Shown in pieces: positions 15,146 to 29,561 of a stretch of 64,000 nucleotides of DNA; position 1 is the first letter of the stretch, and every line of letters begins with the position of its first letter. This DNA is from Flaccisagitta enflata. Taxonomy: Eukaryota. A program made the translations under genes and the position numbers. The notes below the pieces were generated by a model that made no database searches, was not told the DNA's origin, and saw nothing but the letters and a program-made list of their open reading frames with translations. The stretch covers positions 36,270,001 to 36,334,000 of the forward strand of contig OZ231126.1 of NCBI GenBank assembly GCA_965153355.1. The letters are read 5' to 3'.

Positions 15146-15594
15146 AGAAAGAAAGAAACAAACAAAGAAAAAGAAACAAAGAAACAAAGAAAGAAAGAAA
15201 GAGAGAAAGAAAGAAAAGAAACATAGATGAAAAGAATAACATGGACGCGTGACTCTGGGCATTGCGTGATATCCTTTTTATGTCATTACGGAAGAGATGA
15301 TAAGGAAAGCGTGATCACTGATCAATCACTGATTAATTTGCGTTAGTTTTGGATCTGTGTGGGCCGTGCAAGCGCGAGCTATGAAGCACGAGTCCCAAAG
15401 GAGGAGATCGACATCTGGTCGACCGCTGCATGATTACCTCGAAGGGAGCAAAGAGGTTCAGAAAAAGAAAAGAAGAAGAAAAAAGAAAACAATAAAATCA
15501 ATAAAGAGGAAATTTGTTAGAAGAAGAGGACGATTGAATTGGGACGAAATAGAGGAGAGAAAACGTGAGTTATAACAGCCTGGAAAATCTTAGA

Positions 15595-15790
<196 letters not shown>

Positions 15791-15940
15791 GCGATATGAG
15801 TGGGCGGGAGTGGAAAACAGAAAGAGAGTGATCGTTTTTGATGATGAACCCCATCTGGTGGCGTGTTTTCTCTTCTTCCTCCTTAACTGATAAGCACGCC
15901 CTCTTTGCCTTTAAAAGATGATGAGCTTTTGAATATTTTT

Positions 15941-16066
<126 letters not shown>

Positions 16067-17029
16067 TCTCTCTCTCTCTCTCTCTCTTTCATTTTTTTTT
16101 CTTTCCTTTTTTTGAGCACAGATTTGACTGTGCGGCGTCTTAGCTTTTTCGCAACCGAGCTGAAAAAAAAAAATGCGGATTTCAATGACAAGATTACAAA
16201 AAAAAAAAATTTCAAGGAGACCCCGAATTAGCTGCCCTTCCCACACAGACTGCCCCTTTCCTAACAAAGAGTGAACGGGCAAACTTAGTATGGAAACCGC
16301 GCGGTGCGTGTTGATATGGTTTAGATACGTCAGTTTTGTAATATTGTCGAATCTCACGCTGCCTAGCCTTAGCTCCGCTCTTGTGTCCGCTCTTGCTTTT
16401 ACTATAAAACCAGTGGACATTTTTGTTGCAATACCGTTAGCCGTTAGGTTAACTGCTTCCTGCCATAATGGAAGCGGTCAAAATAAAATTTTCTGGATTA
16501 GGTTAAGACGGGATGTTTCAGACCAGTCGATATATCCTCGCGTAATTAGATGCGTCCTCGTATCTCTAGATATGTCATGCCCGTCCATTGCCCTGGTCTA
16601 ATGCACAGGTAAGAGGGTAGTTTTTCCAAATCCAATCTTTGAGGGAGTTTCTATTCATAACATACATATCTTATCATATCATAACATATCTTATCATATC
16701 ATATCATATCTTAAACTTAACGCATTGATTTAGGCATCTCTTTGCCGTATTTTGGTTATCATTCGTTTGATACACGGACTCCGGGTTCGATGCTTCGCTA
16801 ACAACTGTAAGAAAAAATCACACTAACAAAAATGTAGCCAAGAAAAAGCTATAGGGTGCAAAGGGGGAAAGTATGATTGAGCCTCTAGTCTAAATGAAAA
16901 CTGTGATTGAGTTCTTTTGGGTGAAGGTGAAGTGCTACACTTTCGACATTAATGAACATGCTCTGCGTGGAAAAGTTTTCAAAAGCAGAACGAAAGTAAA
17001 TTTACTTGCAACCTGCAAGTCAAGAATCG

Positions 17030-17257
<228 letters not shown>

Positions 17258-17268
17258 TAGAAGGGAAG

Positions 17269-17347
<79 letters not shown>

Positions 17348-17553
17348 CAGAGAGACAGAGAGACAGAGAGACAGAGTGACAGAGGCAAAGACAGAGACAG
17401 AGACAGAGACAGAGAGACGGAGACATAGACAGAGACAAAGAGACAGAGACAGAGACAGAGAGACTGACAGAGACAGAGACAGAGTGACAAAGACAGTGAC
17501 AGAGAGAGGGGTGAATTAGTGTCAAAATGTGTTTCGGTTCTTCTTTCATCCTC

Positions 17554-17597
17554 TTTTTAGATGCGTCCTCGCATCTCTATAAGAGGGTGTGTCCCTG

Positions 17598-17637
<40 letters not shown>

Positions 17638-19364
17638 ACGCGAAAATTTCAAAACACGATTTTCAAGGTTTTCTCTTCATTTCTCTTCATGAATCTTCTT
17701 GTCTCTTATATTTCTACTGTCTCTTATATTTCTAATGTCTCTTTCATCTCTTTCGTCTCTTTTGTCTCTTCTGTCTCTTATGTCTCCTATATGTCTCTTA
17801 TATCTCCTATGTCTGTTATTTCTCTTATGTATCTTAGGTCTCTTATGTCTCTTATGTCTCTTATGTCTCTTTGTCTCTTTTGTCTCCTAAACGTCTCCTA
17901 AACGTCTCCTATATGTCTCTTATGTCATATATGACTCTCATATGTCTCTTTTGTCTCTTATGTCTGTTATGTCTCTTATATCTCTTATGTCTCTTATGTC
18001 TGTTATGGCAGTTTCTCCTATAAACTGGGCCGGCCAAAATCAAGCGCCTGATTGAGTTAACATTGAAAAAAATAACATAATTTAATGATAGTTGCATCTA
18101 TCAGCTTGAACTTTTGATTCCAGGCTCAGAATTTGATACTATTTTTATTCATACTGAAAAAATCACTTAAAGTCTTAAACTGTGTTTAATTATATGAATT
18201 TTTATGAAAAACAGTGTGACATAAGTGTGACAAGGTGTTAACTCGATAGGACATTTTTTTAAAAATCAATATCTCCGGCTAGAATTGACATAAAGGTCTG
18301 AAATTTGGCGTGTAACCTGGGTTATGTCTTTACTGAATAGGGGGGGAAAATGAATTTTTCCATCACGCTTAAAGTATGTTGTTTTGTGTATAGCATATTG
18401 TTATATCAAAATTCAATGTTTTATCATTTTTGACAAATCAACTATGAGTGAACTTTTTCCATAGTAAATGACCACCAATCACAATGAAATATTTTATGTT
18501 TCTTTAGGAATAGCAGTGGTACAAAAATGACCCATAGTCGGATAGGCTTGACATTTTCTTGGTGTCTTTATCATAGTAGATATGAAGTGTGACACAAGTG
18601 TGACAGGGAAAATAGGCTTATTTGGCTCTACTTTTGGCCACCTAACCTATCAAAATCTTGACTATGATGCATGTGTGTTGGACACTTGGTTCCAGGAGAT
18701 GTATCAGAACAGTTATCATTATGAACAAAATAATTAATGGGAGGAAACTGTGTTTTTCTGCCTACCAAATCATGTTTTTCAGCTGGCCCACTTTATAGGA
18801 GAAATTGCCTTATGTCTCTTATATCTCTTATGTCTCTTATATCTCTTATATCTCATATGTCTCTTATATCTCTTATATCTCTGAGGCCTCTTATGTCTCT
18901 TATGTCTCTTCATGTCCTTTCATGTCTTTATATGTCTCTTATGTCTCCTCATGTTTCCTCATGCTTCCTCATGTCTCTTCATGTCTCTTCATATCTCTCC
19001 ATGTCTCTCCAAGTCCCTTCATTTCTCTTCGTGAGGATGAGGCGGGGGGCGTGGGGATAGAGGGGAGGCGTGGGGGGGAGGCGTGGGGGGGACGGGTGGA
19101 GGAAGGGGAGGGTAGGCGTGGGGGGGACGGGTGGAGAGGTGTGGGGGGAGGCGTGGGGGAGGGGGTGGTGAGGTGGGGGGGAGGGAGGGGTGGAGAAGCA
19201 TGGGGGGGAGAGGAATCAGTTTATATTTTTCTCTTTATCTCGATATTTCTGAATCTTTATATTTTCATATCATTATATCTTAATATCTTTATATCTCAAT
19301 AATTTGTATGATAATATCTTACGTCAAAAGAGGACGCATCTATTGGACATCTCTTGGCCTTGTT
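17554..19364 (+). mobile_element. DINE-1/HINE-like element with 9 bp (ATGTCTCTT)n array and G-rich tract, split by a nested MITE
   Basis: tttttagatgcgtcctcgcatct ... aggacgcatctattggacatctcttggccttgttt. An uninterrupted inverted copy lies at 34409-35193. Confidence 0.85.
18007..18809. mobile_element. TIR MITE with 4 bp TTAT target duplication
   Basis: TTAT|ggcagtttctcctataaactgggcc ... ggcccactttataggagaaattgcc|TTAT; 803 bp. Confidence 0.8.
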
Positions 19365-19626
19365 TTTTTTTTTGACAAGCGGGCAACATCCCAAAAAAAG
19401 ATTTCGGGGGAAAATGGGAACATTTCCAAGCTATCGTGAAGGGAGAAATGTTTCAAGTTGGCAATTGACTGAAAACAACGACCTATCAACAACATCACTT
19501 GACAACATTTCTCGGCTATCAACAATAGCTCACGACAATCGAAAATGCGACAATAAGAGGCTAAAAAAAAAAAAAAAACTAAGGACGTTGGTGTATGTAT
19601 AGCGATACCAGCACAACAAGATTGAC

Positions 19627-19761
<135 letters not shown>

Positions 19762-21417
19762 ATGCCCATGCTCTGGCCGGCCCTATTGGGCACATTGTTA
19801 ATTTTTCTCTGCTCTCAGAGGCAGTCCCCTCAAGCTTCAAGGACGCTAGAGTTAGCCCTATATTTAAGAAGGGATCGAGATTGGATCCGTCGAATTATAG
19901 GCCTGTGAGTATATTAAATGCCATGTCCAAAGTTCTTGAGAGGGCCGTCAGTGAGCAGTTTGTACAGTATTTGGAAAAGAACAAATTATTGACAAAGTCT
20001 CAATCTGGCTTTCGTAGTAAATTTTCGACTGACACTTGTATTATTGGGCTGACAGATTACATAAGGGGCGAAATTGCGAAAGGGCGTGTTGTTGGTATGG
20101 TTTTGCTCGACCTCCAAAAAGCCTTTGATTGTGTCGACCATGGAATATTGTTACGTAAACTGGAGGGTATGGGCGTGGGGTGTACTGATTGGTTCCGGTC
20201 GTATCTCACTGGCAGGCGTCAGTGTGTCTCAGTCGGCGGAGAAAGTTCAGATTTCCTCGAGGTAACCTGTGGGGTACCTCAGGGAAGCATCCTCGGCCCC
20301 ATACTTTTCCTGTGCTATATTAATGATATGGCGGCCGGTTTGAATTGTAAGGTTTCCCTTTACGCTGATGACAGCACACTGATTGCCTCTGGTGCAACGG
20401 GTAGTGAATTAGCGGCATATTTATCGGGAGAGCTTAAAAGTTGCCGAGATTGGATGACAGACAACAAATTGTCACTCCATCTTGGAAAGACAGAATGTAT
20501 GGTCTTTGGATCAAAGCGCAAACTTAAGTCGCTCGGAGATTTTCAGATTCAATGCGGTGATACTATTGTTGAAAAAGTGGAGACGGTCAAATATCTTGGC
20601 TTTTTATTGGATGAGCAGTTAAGCGGCGTTGCACATGTCAAGACAAGCATTAAAAAGATCTCGTCTAGATTGGCATTTCTTTACAGGAATAAACAACTAC
20701 TGAACTCTTCAGTTCGCAAGACTCTTTGCTCTGCATTAGTACAACCATACTTTGATTACTGCTGCTCATCCTGGTACAACAGCGTGACAATGGAATGTAA
20801 GAAAAAGCTTGATGTTTTACAACGCAAAATGATTCGCTTTATTCTCGATCTTGATTTTCGTGCACATGTTGATTGTACTCATTTGAAATGTCTGGGATGG
20901 CTCAATGTGTCGGATCGGGCTAAATATTTTAGATTGCTACATGTCTTTCGTATTAATTCGAATCAATCGCCTGAGTATCTCATGGAAAACTTCACGCGTG
21001 TTAATGCAATCCATGGTCATAGTACACGAGGTAGTGCAGCCAACTTTTTTGTTCCGAAAATTGGTAGTACGGAAATTCTTAAAAGGAGCTTTTTTTTCAG
21101 TGGTATTAACGACTGGAACTCACTTCCTCTTACTATTAAATCTATACGTAGTGAAAAGTCTTTCAAATCTAGTTTAAAGGCATACATGGCTGCTATGTAT
21201 TGACTACGATTTTATTTTTCCTCTTTTTTGCTTGATACTAATCGAGTTTTTATCCTTTTTAACTTTTAAGATTTACCAGTTTATCATGCTATAATTAGTC
21301 GCGGACTCCAATGGAAATAAGTTAATACTTTTTTGGGCCATCCGCAGATTCGACTATTTTGTACTTGGTGATTGATAATCTTGTACGGTCTAATCTAAAT
21401 ACATTACATTACATTAC
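19762..21417 (+). mobile_element. 5'-truncated non-LTR retrotransposon, CR1/L2 group (Crack/Daphne-like)
   Basis: RT reading frame, ~200 bp 3' UTR with a possible gcgga...tccgc stem (21301-21345), and an (ACATT)n tail at ~21401-21417. Flanked by (CAA)n on both sides. Confidence 0.88.
19764..21203 (+). CDS. Reverse transcriptase (LINE ORF2, N-terminally truncated, endonuclease missing)
   Basis: Open frame from the junction: FKDARVSPIFKKG..DPSNYRPVSIL, QSGFR, LDLQKAFD, GVPQGSILGP, YADD, KYLG and C-terminal WNSLP; no stops or frameshifts. No native start codon. Confidence 0.9.
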   Translation, partial: AHALAGPIGHIVNFSLLSEAVPSSFKDARVSPIFKKGSRLDPSNYRPVSILNAMSKVLERAVSEQFVQYLEKNKLLTKSQSGFRSKFSTDTCIIGLTDYIRGEIAKGRVVGMVLLDLQKAFDCVDHGILLRKLEGMGVGCTDWFRSYLTGRRQCVSVGGESSDFLEVTCGVPQGSILGPILFLCYINDMAAGLNCKVSLYADDSTLIASGATGSELAAYLSGELKSCRDWMTDNKLSLHLGKTECMVFGSKRKLKSLGDFQIQCGDTIVEKVETVKYLGFLLDEQLSGVAHVKTSIKKISSRLAFLYRNKQLLNSSVRKTLCSALVQPYFDYCCSSWYNSVTMECKKKLDVLQRKMIRFILDLDFRAHVDCTHLKCLGWLNVSDRAKYFRLLHVFRINSNQSPEYLMENFTRVNAIHGHSTRGSAANFFVPKIGSTEILKRSFFFSGINDWNSLPLTIKSIRSEKSFKSSLKAYMAAMY

Positions 21418-21834
<417 letters not shown>

Positions 21835-21868
21835 TCTTCACCTTCATCAATTGTCACGAAACGATATA

Positions 21869-22844
21869 ACTATGGCAAAATAAAAAAGCGAACGAATTTT
21901 GAGAGAGCAAAAACATAAGAAGATGTTGACCAATTTGCACAAAATTTACAGGCAATGATAACTATGATTTGGACTATGTCTGGTTATAATTTCATCAAAA
22001 TCCGTTGAATACTTTAGCCGTTATCACGTTTTTACTGAAGTCACCTCTTTTTTTGACTGCCAGAGATGACATTTATCCTAAATCAAAATAATTCCATTTT
22101 TAGTAAAATTAGCATTGTGCAAAAAGTTTTGGGAGTTTTGTTATGATTTTTGAATTGTAGTCTGATGGTGCTATTTACTAATACTAGGCAAAATTCGCTT
22201 CTACTCAGATAAAGTCTAGTGGGGTAGATATTGGTTGATTGTAAGCTTGCTCAGGATAAGAAATATTCAGCTACCTGTAAGAATATTTTTGCAATTTGTT
22301 AGACTAAATATGCTTCCATCTTCACAAAAATTTTACTGGAGATTACTGATATGTACAAAAGTTACCGGTTAAAAAATTATGATAATCGGTAAAAAACTAT
22401 GGCCATAGCATTACTTTATATTTCAGGTTTCATCTTCATTAACTTCATTCTTAAACCCATAAAAATTTTTTTTTTGGAAAATTTGCTGTTTCTGCTAAAA
22501 TAATCGGAGTTTCGTTATGAAATTTTTACCACAGTCTGCTAACAATGTGGTCTACTTCCACTTCAAATTTCATCAAAATCGGTTTAGATTTAGTGTGGTT
22601 TTTTAAAATTTGTTTTTTCATTCTTTGAATATTCTTACGTGTGTATGTTGAATTTCTGATCATCGGACAAGCACTTTTTAAAAATCTATAATTCCTAAAC
22701 TATTTTTAGCAGGACATCGATTTTTTCAGTGATGCTTAATAATACCAAAAAGTAACTCCAGTAAAAATTTCAGCACACTGGGTGAATTTTCAAAGGATTT
22801 ATAGGCAAAAGAAGTAACTGTTCGCTTTTTTTTTTTGCCATAGT
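21869..22844. mobile_element. TA-flanked TIR element (Tc1/mariner-like MITE)
   Basis: TA|actatggcaaaataaaaaagcgaac ... gttcgcttttttttttgccatagt|TA; AT-rich non-coding interior. Confidence 0.7.
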
Positions 22845-23103
22845 TAGTCCAGATACAGACAAGGGGAATTTTTTCTAGAAAACGTATATCCATTATCCAG
22901 TAGCTTTTTATGTATATATGCCACGATACAGGAGGAAGAAGGAGAAGTAGGGAGGGGAAAAATGCCGAAACGATAAAAGAGCGATTATGATCTCCGCTTG
23001 CCATCGTTCTTCCCATTCGCCATTTCCCGTCGTTATACGATCAGCCTCCTCCTTTTCCTTCTTTCCTTATTTCATTTCTTCTTGGGCTTTCGTTTTTTTT
23101 TTC

Positions 23104-24858
23104 TTTTGGGCAGCGGCCCCGAAGGAGCCGATGACCTATGCTCTCACACATATGGGATATTTCCTCCTCCTTTTTGGGCAGCGGCCCTAAAGGGGTCGAT
23201 GACCTATGCTTTCACACATATGGGAAATTTTCTCCTTCTCCTCCTCCGTCCGTCCGTACCCCCCAGCTTTGAGGCCCAAATTCTAGTCCGGAGACCCAAA
23301 TCCCAGTCTTGTGGCCCGAATTCTATCCAAAAGGCCCAAATCCTAGCCTCTAGGCCCAAATTCTAGCCTGAGGACCCAAATCCCAGCCTTGAGGCCCAAA
23401 TCTCATCCTTGAGGCTCAAATGCCAGCTGTGAGGCCTAAATCAAAGCCTCAAGGTTCATATCCCAGCCTCAAGGATGAGATTTGGTCCTCAAGGCTGGGA
23501 TTTGGGTCTTCAGGCTAGAATTTGGGCCTTGAGGCTAGGATTTGGGCCTGGATAAATTTGGGCCACAAGACTGGGATTTGGGTCTCGGACTAGAATTTGG
23601 GCCTTGAAGTCAGGGCGGGCGGCGGAGGAGGAGAAAAAATTATATGTGAAAGCATAGGTCATCGACATGGGCCGCTGCCCTGCTCCCCCTCAACTTCAAG
23701 CACAACCTATTAGGGCAGGGCACGGGTACCGCTGACCATCTAACGCTTTTGCGACTATTATTCTTCTTTTTGGGCAGCGGCCCCGAAGGGGACGAAGTCC
23801 CGTAGAACACAGGGGGACTTTCGTTTGTTCGTTTGTTCGTTCGTTTGTTCGTTCGTTCATTCGTTCGTTCGTTTGTTCGTTCGTTCGTTCGTTTGTCCGT
23901 CCGTTCGTCCCCCCCTCATTGGGCCCCTCAGGATTTAAATCTGGCCTCTGAGACCTCAAATCTGGCCTCTCAGGCATCAAATCCAGCCTCTCAGACCTCA
24001 AATCCAGCCTCTCAGGCCTCAAATCCAGCCTCCCAGGCCTCAAATCCAACCTCTCAGGCTTCAAACCTGGCCTCTCAGGCCTTAAATAAGGCTTCACAGG
24101 TCTCAAACCTGGCCTCTCAGGCCTCAAATTAGGCCTCTCAGGACTCACATCAGCTATCCACTTCTTCAGGTAGGACGAACGAAAGTCCCCCTGTGTTCTA
24201 CAGGACTTTGTCCCCTTCGAGGCCGCTGCCCTGCTTCCCCTCACTCCAAATCACAATCACTCAAAGCAGGGCAACGGGTATCGCTGACCACATATTGCCC
24301 TTGGGCGACCTGTTCTTCTTCCTCTTCCTCTTCTTCTTCTTCTTTTCCGCCCCCCGCCCCCCCCACTTTGATCCCAGTCTCGATGTTCCAAACCCAGCCT
24401 CAAGGCCACAATCCTAGCGTCAAGGCCACAATCCTAGCGTCAAGGCCCCAATCTTAGCTTAGCCTTGAGGCTCCAATTCCTGCCTCTAGGCTCAAATTGC
24501 GGCCTTAAGGCTCCAATCCTAGCTTGAGGCTCCAATCCCAGCGTCAAGGCTACAATCCCAGCTTTAAGGCTACAATCCCAGCGTTGAGGCTCCAATCCCA
24601 GCCTTGAGGCTCCAACTCCAGCCTCCAGGCTCCAATTTCGGTCTTGGGGCTGGGACCCCAGCCCTGAGGCGCGAACCTCAGCCAAGAGGCTCCAATCCTA
24701 GCTGCGTGGCTCAAATCCTAGCCTCAAAGCTCAAATCTTAGCCCAGCATAGGTCATCGGCTCCTTCGTGGCTGCTGCCCCTCTCACTTTTATATTTCAAA
24801 TACACTAACTTAGGGGCAACGGGTACAGCTGACTATCGGACACTTTTGCGATATTTTT
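23104..24858 (+). mobile_element. Head-to-tail cluster of family B HINE-like elements (partial head 23104-23170, then 23171-23760, 23767-24315 and 5'-truncated 24345-24858)
   Basis: Repeated tttgggcagcggcccc heads, 20/21 bp arrays and gggca.cgggta.cgctgacca tails. Confidence 0.8.
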
Positions 24859-25125
24859 TCTTTTTAAGGGAGGATTTTTTTCTTATGTGCCCTTTACTTT
24901 CTCTTATCTCGTCGGAATCGCAGGGGAAATCTTTAGAGATTTGATTTTTTTTTTCTGCTGTCTTTCTTTTTCTTTTTTTCTGCCTAAAAGTCTAAACCAC
25001 GCGAGTTAAAAAAAGATGTGTTTTTATCTCCATTTTTCTGTAATTTATTATTTCTAAACAAATAAAGACTCATTTGAGAGATATTCAAAAATTCTTCCCT
25101 TCCAATTCAAGATTCCCGACGTAAA

Positions 25126-25464
25126 TTTTTAGTCGCGTGCACGCGACTCTACACCTTGGTCTGTCGGTCGGTCCGTCGGTCCCGTAACGTTTCTAAATTT
25201 TTGACGTTTTTTATCATTTTTCAACATTTTTTTAGCATTTTTTAGCATTTTTTAACATTTTTTAGCATTTTTGACATTTTTGGCATTTTAACATTTTTTA
25301 ACCTTTTTTAACATTTTTTAACATTTTTTAACATTTTCTAACATTTTTTAACATTTTTTAACATTTTTTAACATTTCTTACCATTTCTTAACTTTTCATC
25401 ATTTCTGTACATTTTGTTTGTCATTTCCAGACGCACGCGACTGTTCCCCTCTTGGGCTTGTTTT
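25126..25464 (+). mobile_element. DINE-1/HINE-like element with (AACATTTTTT)n array
   Basis: tttttagtcgcgtgcacgcgact, (GGTC)n, 10 bp array, gcacgcgact, hairpin, cttgtttt end. Confidence 0.78.
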
Positions 25465-25559
25465 CATATGCGGTAAAATATATTTCTAAACATTGATGAA
25501 GATATAGAAGTACATTTTTTTGAATTCGAGTGGTATCTCCTTTCCTATCGCCGCTCTGT

Positions 25560-25605
25560 CTCTCTCTCTTTCTCTTTCTCTTTCTCTTTCTCTTTCTCTT
25601 TCTCT

Positions 25606-25659
<54 letters not shown>

Positions 25660-26215
25660 CTTTTCTTCTTTTCTTCTTCTTCTTCTTCTTCTTCTTCTTC
25701 TTCTTCTTCTTCTTCTTCTTCTTCTTCTTCTTCTTCTTCTTCGTCTTCTTCTTCTTCTTCGTCTTCTTCGTCTTCTTCGTCTTCTTCTCCTCCGTCTCCT
25801 TCCTCTTCTTCTTCTTCTTCTTCTTCTTCTTCTTCTTCTTCTTCTTCTTCTTCTTCTTCTTCTTCTTCTTCTTCTTCTTCTTTTTCTTTTTCTTTTTCTT
25901 TTTCTTTTTCTTATTCTTTTTCTTTTCCTTTTTCTTCTTCTTCTTCTTCTTATCTTTTTCTTTTTCTTTTTCTTTTTCTTTTTCTTTTTCTTTTTCTTTT
26001 TCTTTTTCTTTTTCTTTTTCTTATCGTTTTTCTTTTTCTTTTTCCTTTTTCTTCTTCTTCTTCTTCTTCTTATCTTTTTCTTTTTCTTTTTCTTTTTCTT
26101 TTTCTTTTTCTTTTTCTTTTTCTTTTTCTTCTTCTTGTTCTTATTCTTATTCTTAATCTTCTTCTTTTTCTTTTTCTTTTTCTTTTTCCTTTTCTTCTCT
26201 TTCTCTTCTTCTTCA
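25560..26215. repeat. ~650 bp polypyrimidine compound microsatellite (CT, CTT, CTTTTT)
   Basis: Directly visible. Confidence 0.93.
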
Positions 26216-26879
26216 TGTACTTGGTTTGTCTTCTTCTTTTCTCGATTTTCTCTTTATTGAAATCGACATTTGTTCCCCTTTTTTATTGAGCAGATCTTTT
26301 CTTTAGATGCGCGATGAGGGCCATTTACAGGAAAGATAGATCAGAAAAAAACTTGCAGTTTTCCCGGTATTTTCTTTTTCTAGATTGTTTTTGTTTGTTT
26401 ATTTTTTTTCTTTCAAAACGTCCGCTGTCGAGTGAGCACTTTATCTGCTTTAAATGTCAGTTCTTCGAACCTTTCCGTAGCTTCCCATCTTGCCGCATGG
26501 CTCATACGAGAACCCTCTACACTCTCATTCCCGTCCAATTATATCTTTTTTGGGTCAACACGATTTATTTTTCTCATGGGCTTCGAACCCGCGTAGTTTA
26601 CTCCCCCATATCCCTTGGGTTTTTTGTGCTTATTGGAAGATATTTGAAATCATTCTCATCGCTTTACCGACCCGTTTGCACGTAACCCAGCAATGCCTCC
26701 TGCCGTCTTCACATCCGGCTCCGGTATCATCTTTCTTTACTTTTTTTTTCCATTTCCCTCTGATTTCTCCTTCCCTTTTAAGGGTCTTTCCACCATGTTT
26801 ATCCTCGCATCTCTCGTTTGGCTTCCTTGGAGTTGGAGTTTGCCCTAGAGTCACTTTGATTCCGCCATTGAGCGTCAGC

Positions 26880-26957
26880 GGCATGTTTGTCTTCGCCATG
26901 TTTGTCTGCGCCATGTTTGTCTGTGCCACGTTTGTCTGCGCCATGTTTGTCTACGCC
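26880..26957. repeat. 15 bp tandem repeat, 5 copies (gccatgtttgtctgc)
   Basis: Directly visible. Confidence 0.85.
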
Positions 26958-27684
26958 TGTAGCATTTCGTCAGCTTAGCATTCCTTCCATATTCTACCCT
27001 TTGATGGTATCATCGAAACTATCCTGTAACGACCTACAAAAATAATATGAATTTTCCTAGAAACTCTTAGAATTGGTCTCTTTTCTTGTCGTCAGTAAAT
27101 TTAGAGCAAACCTTATAATAACATTATTTGGAGTTTTCATTTCACATTCGATTTCTTTTTATCTTATATCAAATAACTAAACATTCTCCAATTCTGACCC
27201 CGTTTATGTTCGCCTCATCGATAACGATGATGTTCCTATACTCTGTGACGCAGAAACAGTATAGGGCGGGACAAGACCCACCGTTAGGAATCAAAATAGA
27301 GGCTGGTCGGATGTACAACTTTTTTTGCGGCCTTGTTGGCAGGAAACGACCACAAATGGAGCGGATCTTCTTACTCCCCTTCATCACACCGATCATCATT
27401 TTGAGCATGCTCCTTCTGGAAGGCCTGCGGGAATTCATAACTTTTTACCTTTTCTCACGACTTTTTTTTTTTTTTTTAATCACTTTCTTTTTCTTTTTCT
27501 TTTCTTTTTTATTGCCCTTTTTTTCGTTTGCCTTCTTTTATTATTGGAGGCGGTGGAAACCTGAGACTCAAAATCCCCGCTGTTATTGCAAAGACTGTAA
27601 CGCCATCATTTCCCTCTTATCTGCTGAGAATTTTCTTGGCGATAATGTCAATTGCCCGAGAGACGATAAGGAGCAAAACGAGAG

Positions 27685-27833
<149 letters not shown>

Positions 27834-28075
27834 ATAATATGATTTAATATTTGAAAATTTTCTTCAAGCTTAAGCACACACGATCGTGATTGGAAAGCAA
27901 ACAATTGCGCTGATTGCTGATGAAAAGTCAGATTTATCTTTTTTTACGGTTTCACTTCTACCCGACAAAAAGGAGGAGAAAACCATCTGCGAGCGGCACT
28001 GAGATGGTAAAAGATGAAAAATGATAGAGTAGAATCACATTTAATGGAATGAGGATAGCATACATCAAGTAATGC

Positions 28076-28131
<56 letters not shown>

Positions 28132-28159
28132 TTACAGACACACAGACACACAGACACCC

Positions 28160-28223
<64 letters not shown>

Positions 28224-28578
28224 GGACCGATGGAAAGAAGGATGGACCGACCAACCGACCGACAAACCAACCGACCAACCTTTCGACGGAGGGAATGACT
28301 GATGGATGGAGAACGAATCCACAAAGCAACTCACAGAGTCACATTCATGGGACTTCTCTCCACACTCAACTGAGACTGTATTTCGACATTTGCAACAGCT
28401 GAGCCTTGTGGTGTTGGAGTGCGCGGCGTCGCTTCAATCGAGCGGACCAAGGTTGGGAGATGAGATTCTCCATAAAGGAAGTCTGCACCATTAGACCCAA
28501 TCACATTTCTTCTCGGTTACCCACGCTTTCATCATCATCTGCGATTTCATCTCGGCCTCTTCCAGTCGGTTGAAAATC

Positions 28579-28823
28579 TTTTTTTAGTCACTTGCTATGC
28601 GACTCTTTGAGAGGGTATGTACGAAGGTCCGTAGGTAGGAAGATAGGTAACGCGAAATTCTGGATTACGCGAAATAGGCTGAAATGACGTTTTCAGAGCG
28701 TTATGGCTCCTGTCCAGTCAAATAATAGCCCTCGCCCACCCACATAACGCCCCTGTCCTTCCGCATTACTGCCTCTGCCCACCCGCAAGCGACTTCTTAT
28801 TGGCCGTGCACCCGGCCTCGTTT
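28579..28823 (+). mobile_element. Degenerate DINE-1/HINE-like element
   Basis: tttttagtcacttgctatgcgact ... gcaagcgact..tggccgtgcacccggcctcgttt. Confidence 0.55.
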
Positions 28824-29561
28824 AGATGCGCACAAGCAACTCTACAGAACGGTCTGAGTTTGATGGTCCTGCTACCCAATCAGCGCAACTGATATTGGTC
28901 ATGTATGCTGCTTCATCAATTCCTTTTTAATAGTATAAGGGGCAGTTGAGGGAGAAGGAGTGGGTTGGTGCAGTGCTCTGAATAGGTTGGGGCTGCAATG
29001 TGGGAGGGCAGGAGCTGTAATGATCAAAAATAACTGTTTCAGCCGATTTCGCATTATCTAAAAATTCGCGTTATCAATGGACTGTCATTTATATGTTTCA
29101 TAACCGACCAACCTACGAATACACTTTCTTGTAGAGCTGCTTAGCTAGCGACTGAAAATCCGGAATTCGACCAATGTATTCTAGAATCTAGGGTCGTGAG
29201 TCGTATGACCACTCATTTACAATTATAACTCTCAAGAAGCTGGCGGGTGGCCATGGACTGCTAGTCAGCGTTTGGTGTTCAATCATGCACCATAGAGATT
29301 CGGTATGAACCAATTTCGGATATGACACACATACAAATAACTGAAGTATGCGCGATCACATACTTTCACCATACATATTTGATGTCAAAGTGCAGAGATA
29401 GTTACTGTTGTGCCACACCCCTTACTCACATCAAATTAAATAAGGAGAAACAAGTGGGGGAGCAAACCCCTGTACTTCAACATAGATAAGGAAGGGTTGG
29501 CACATATGCAAATGATAAAGTATCATAAATAATCAAATATTTCCTTCGAGACACTCAGTTG

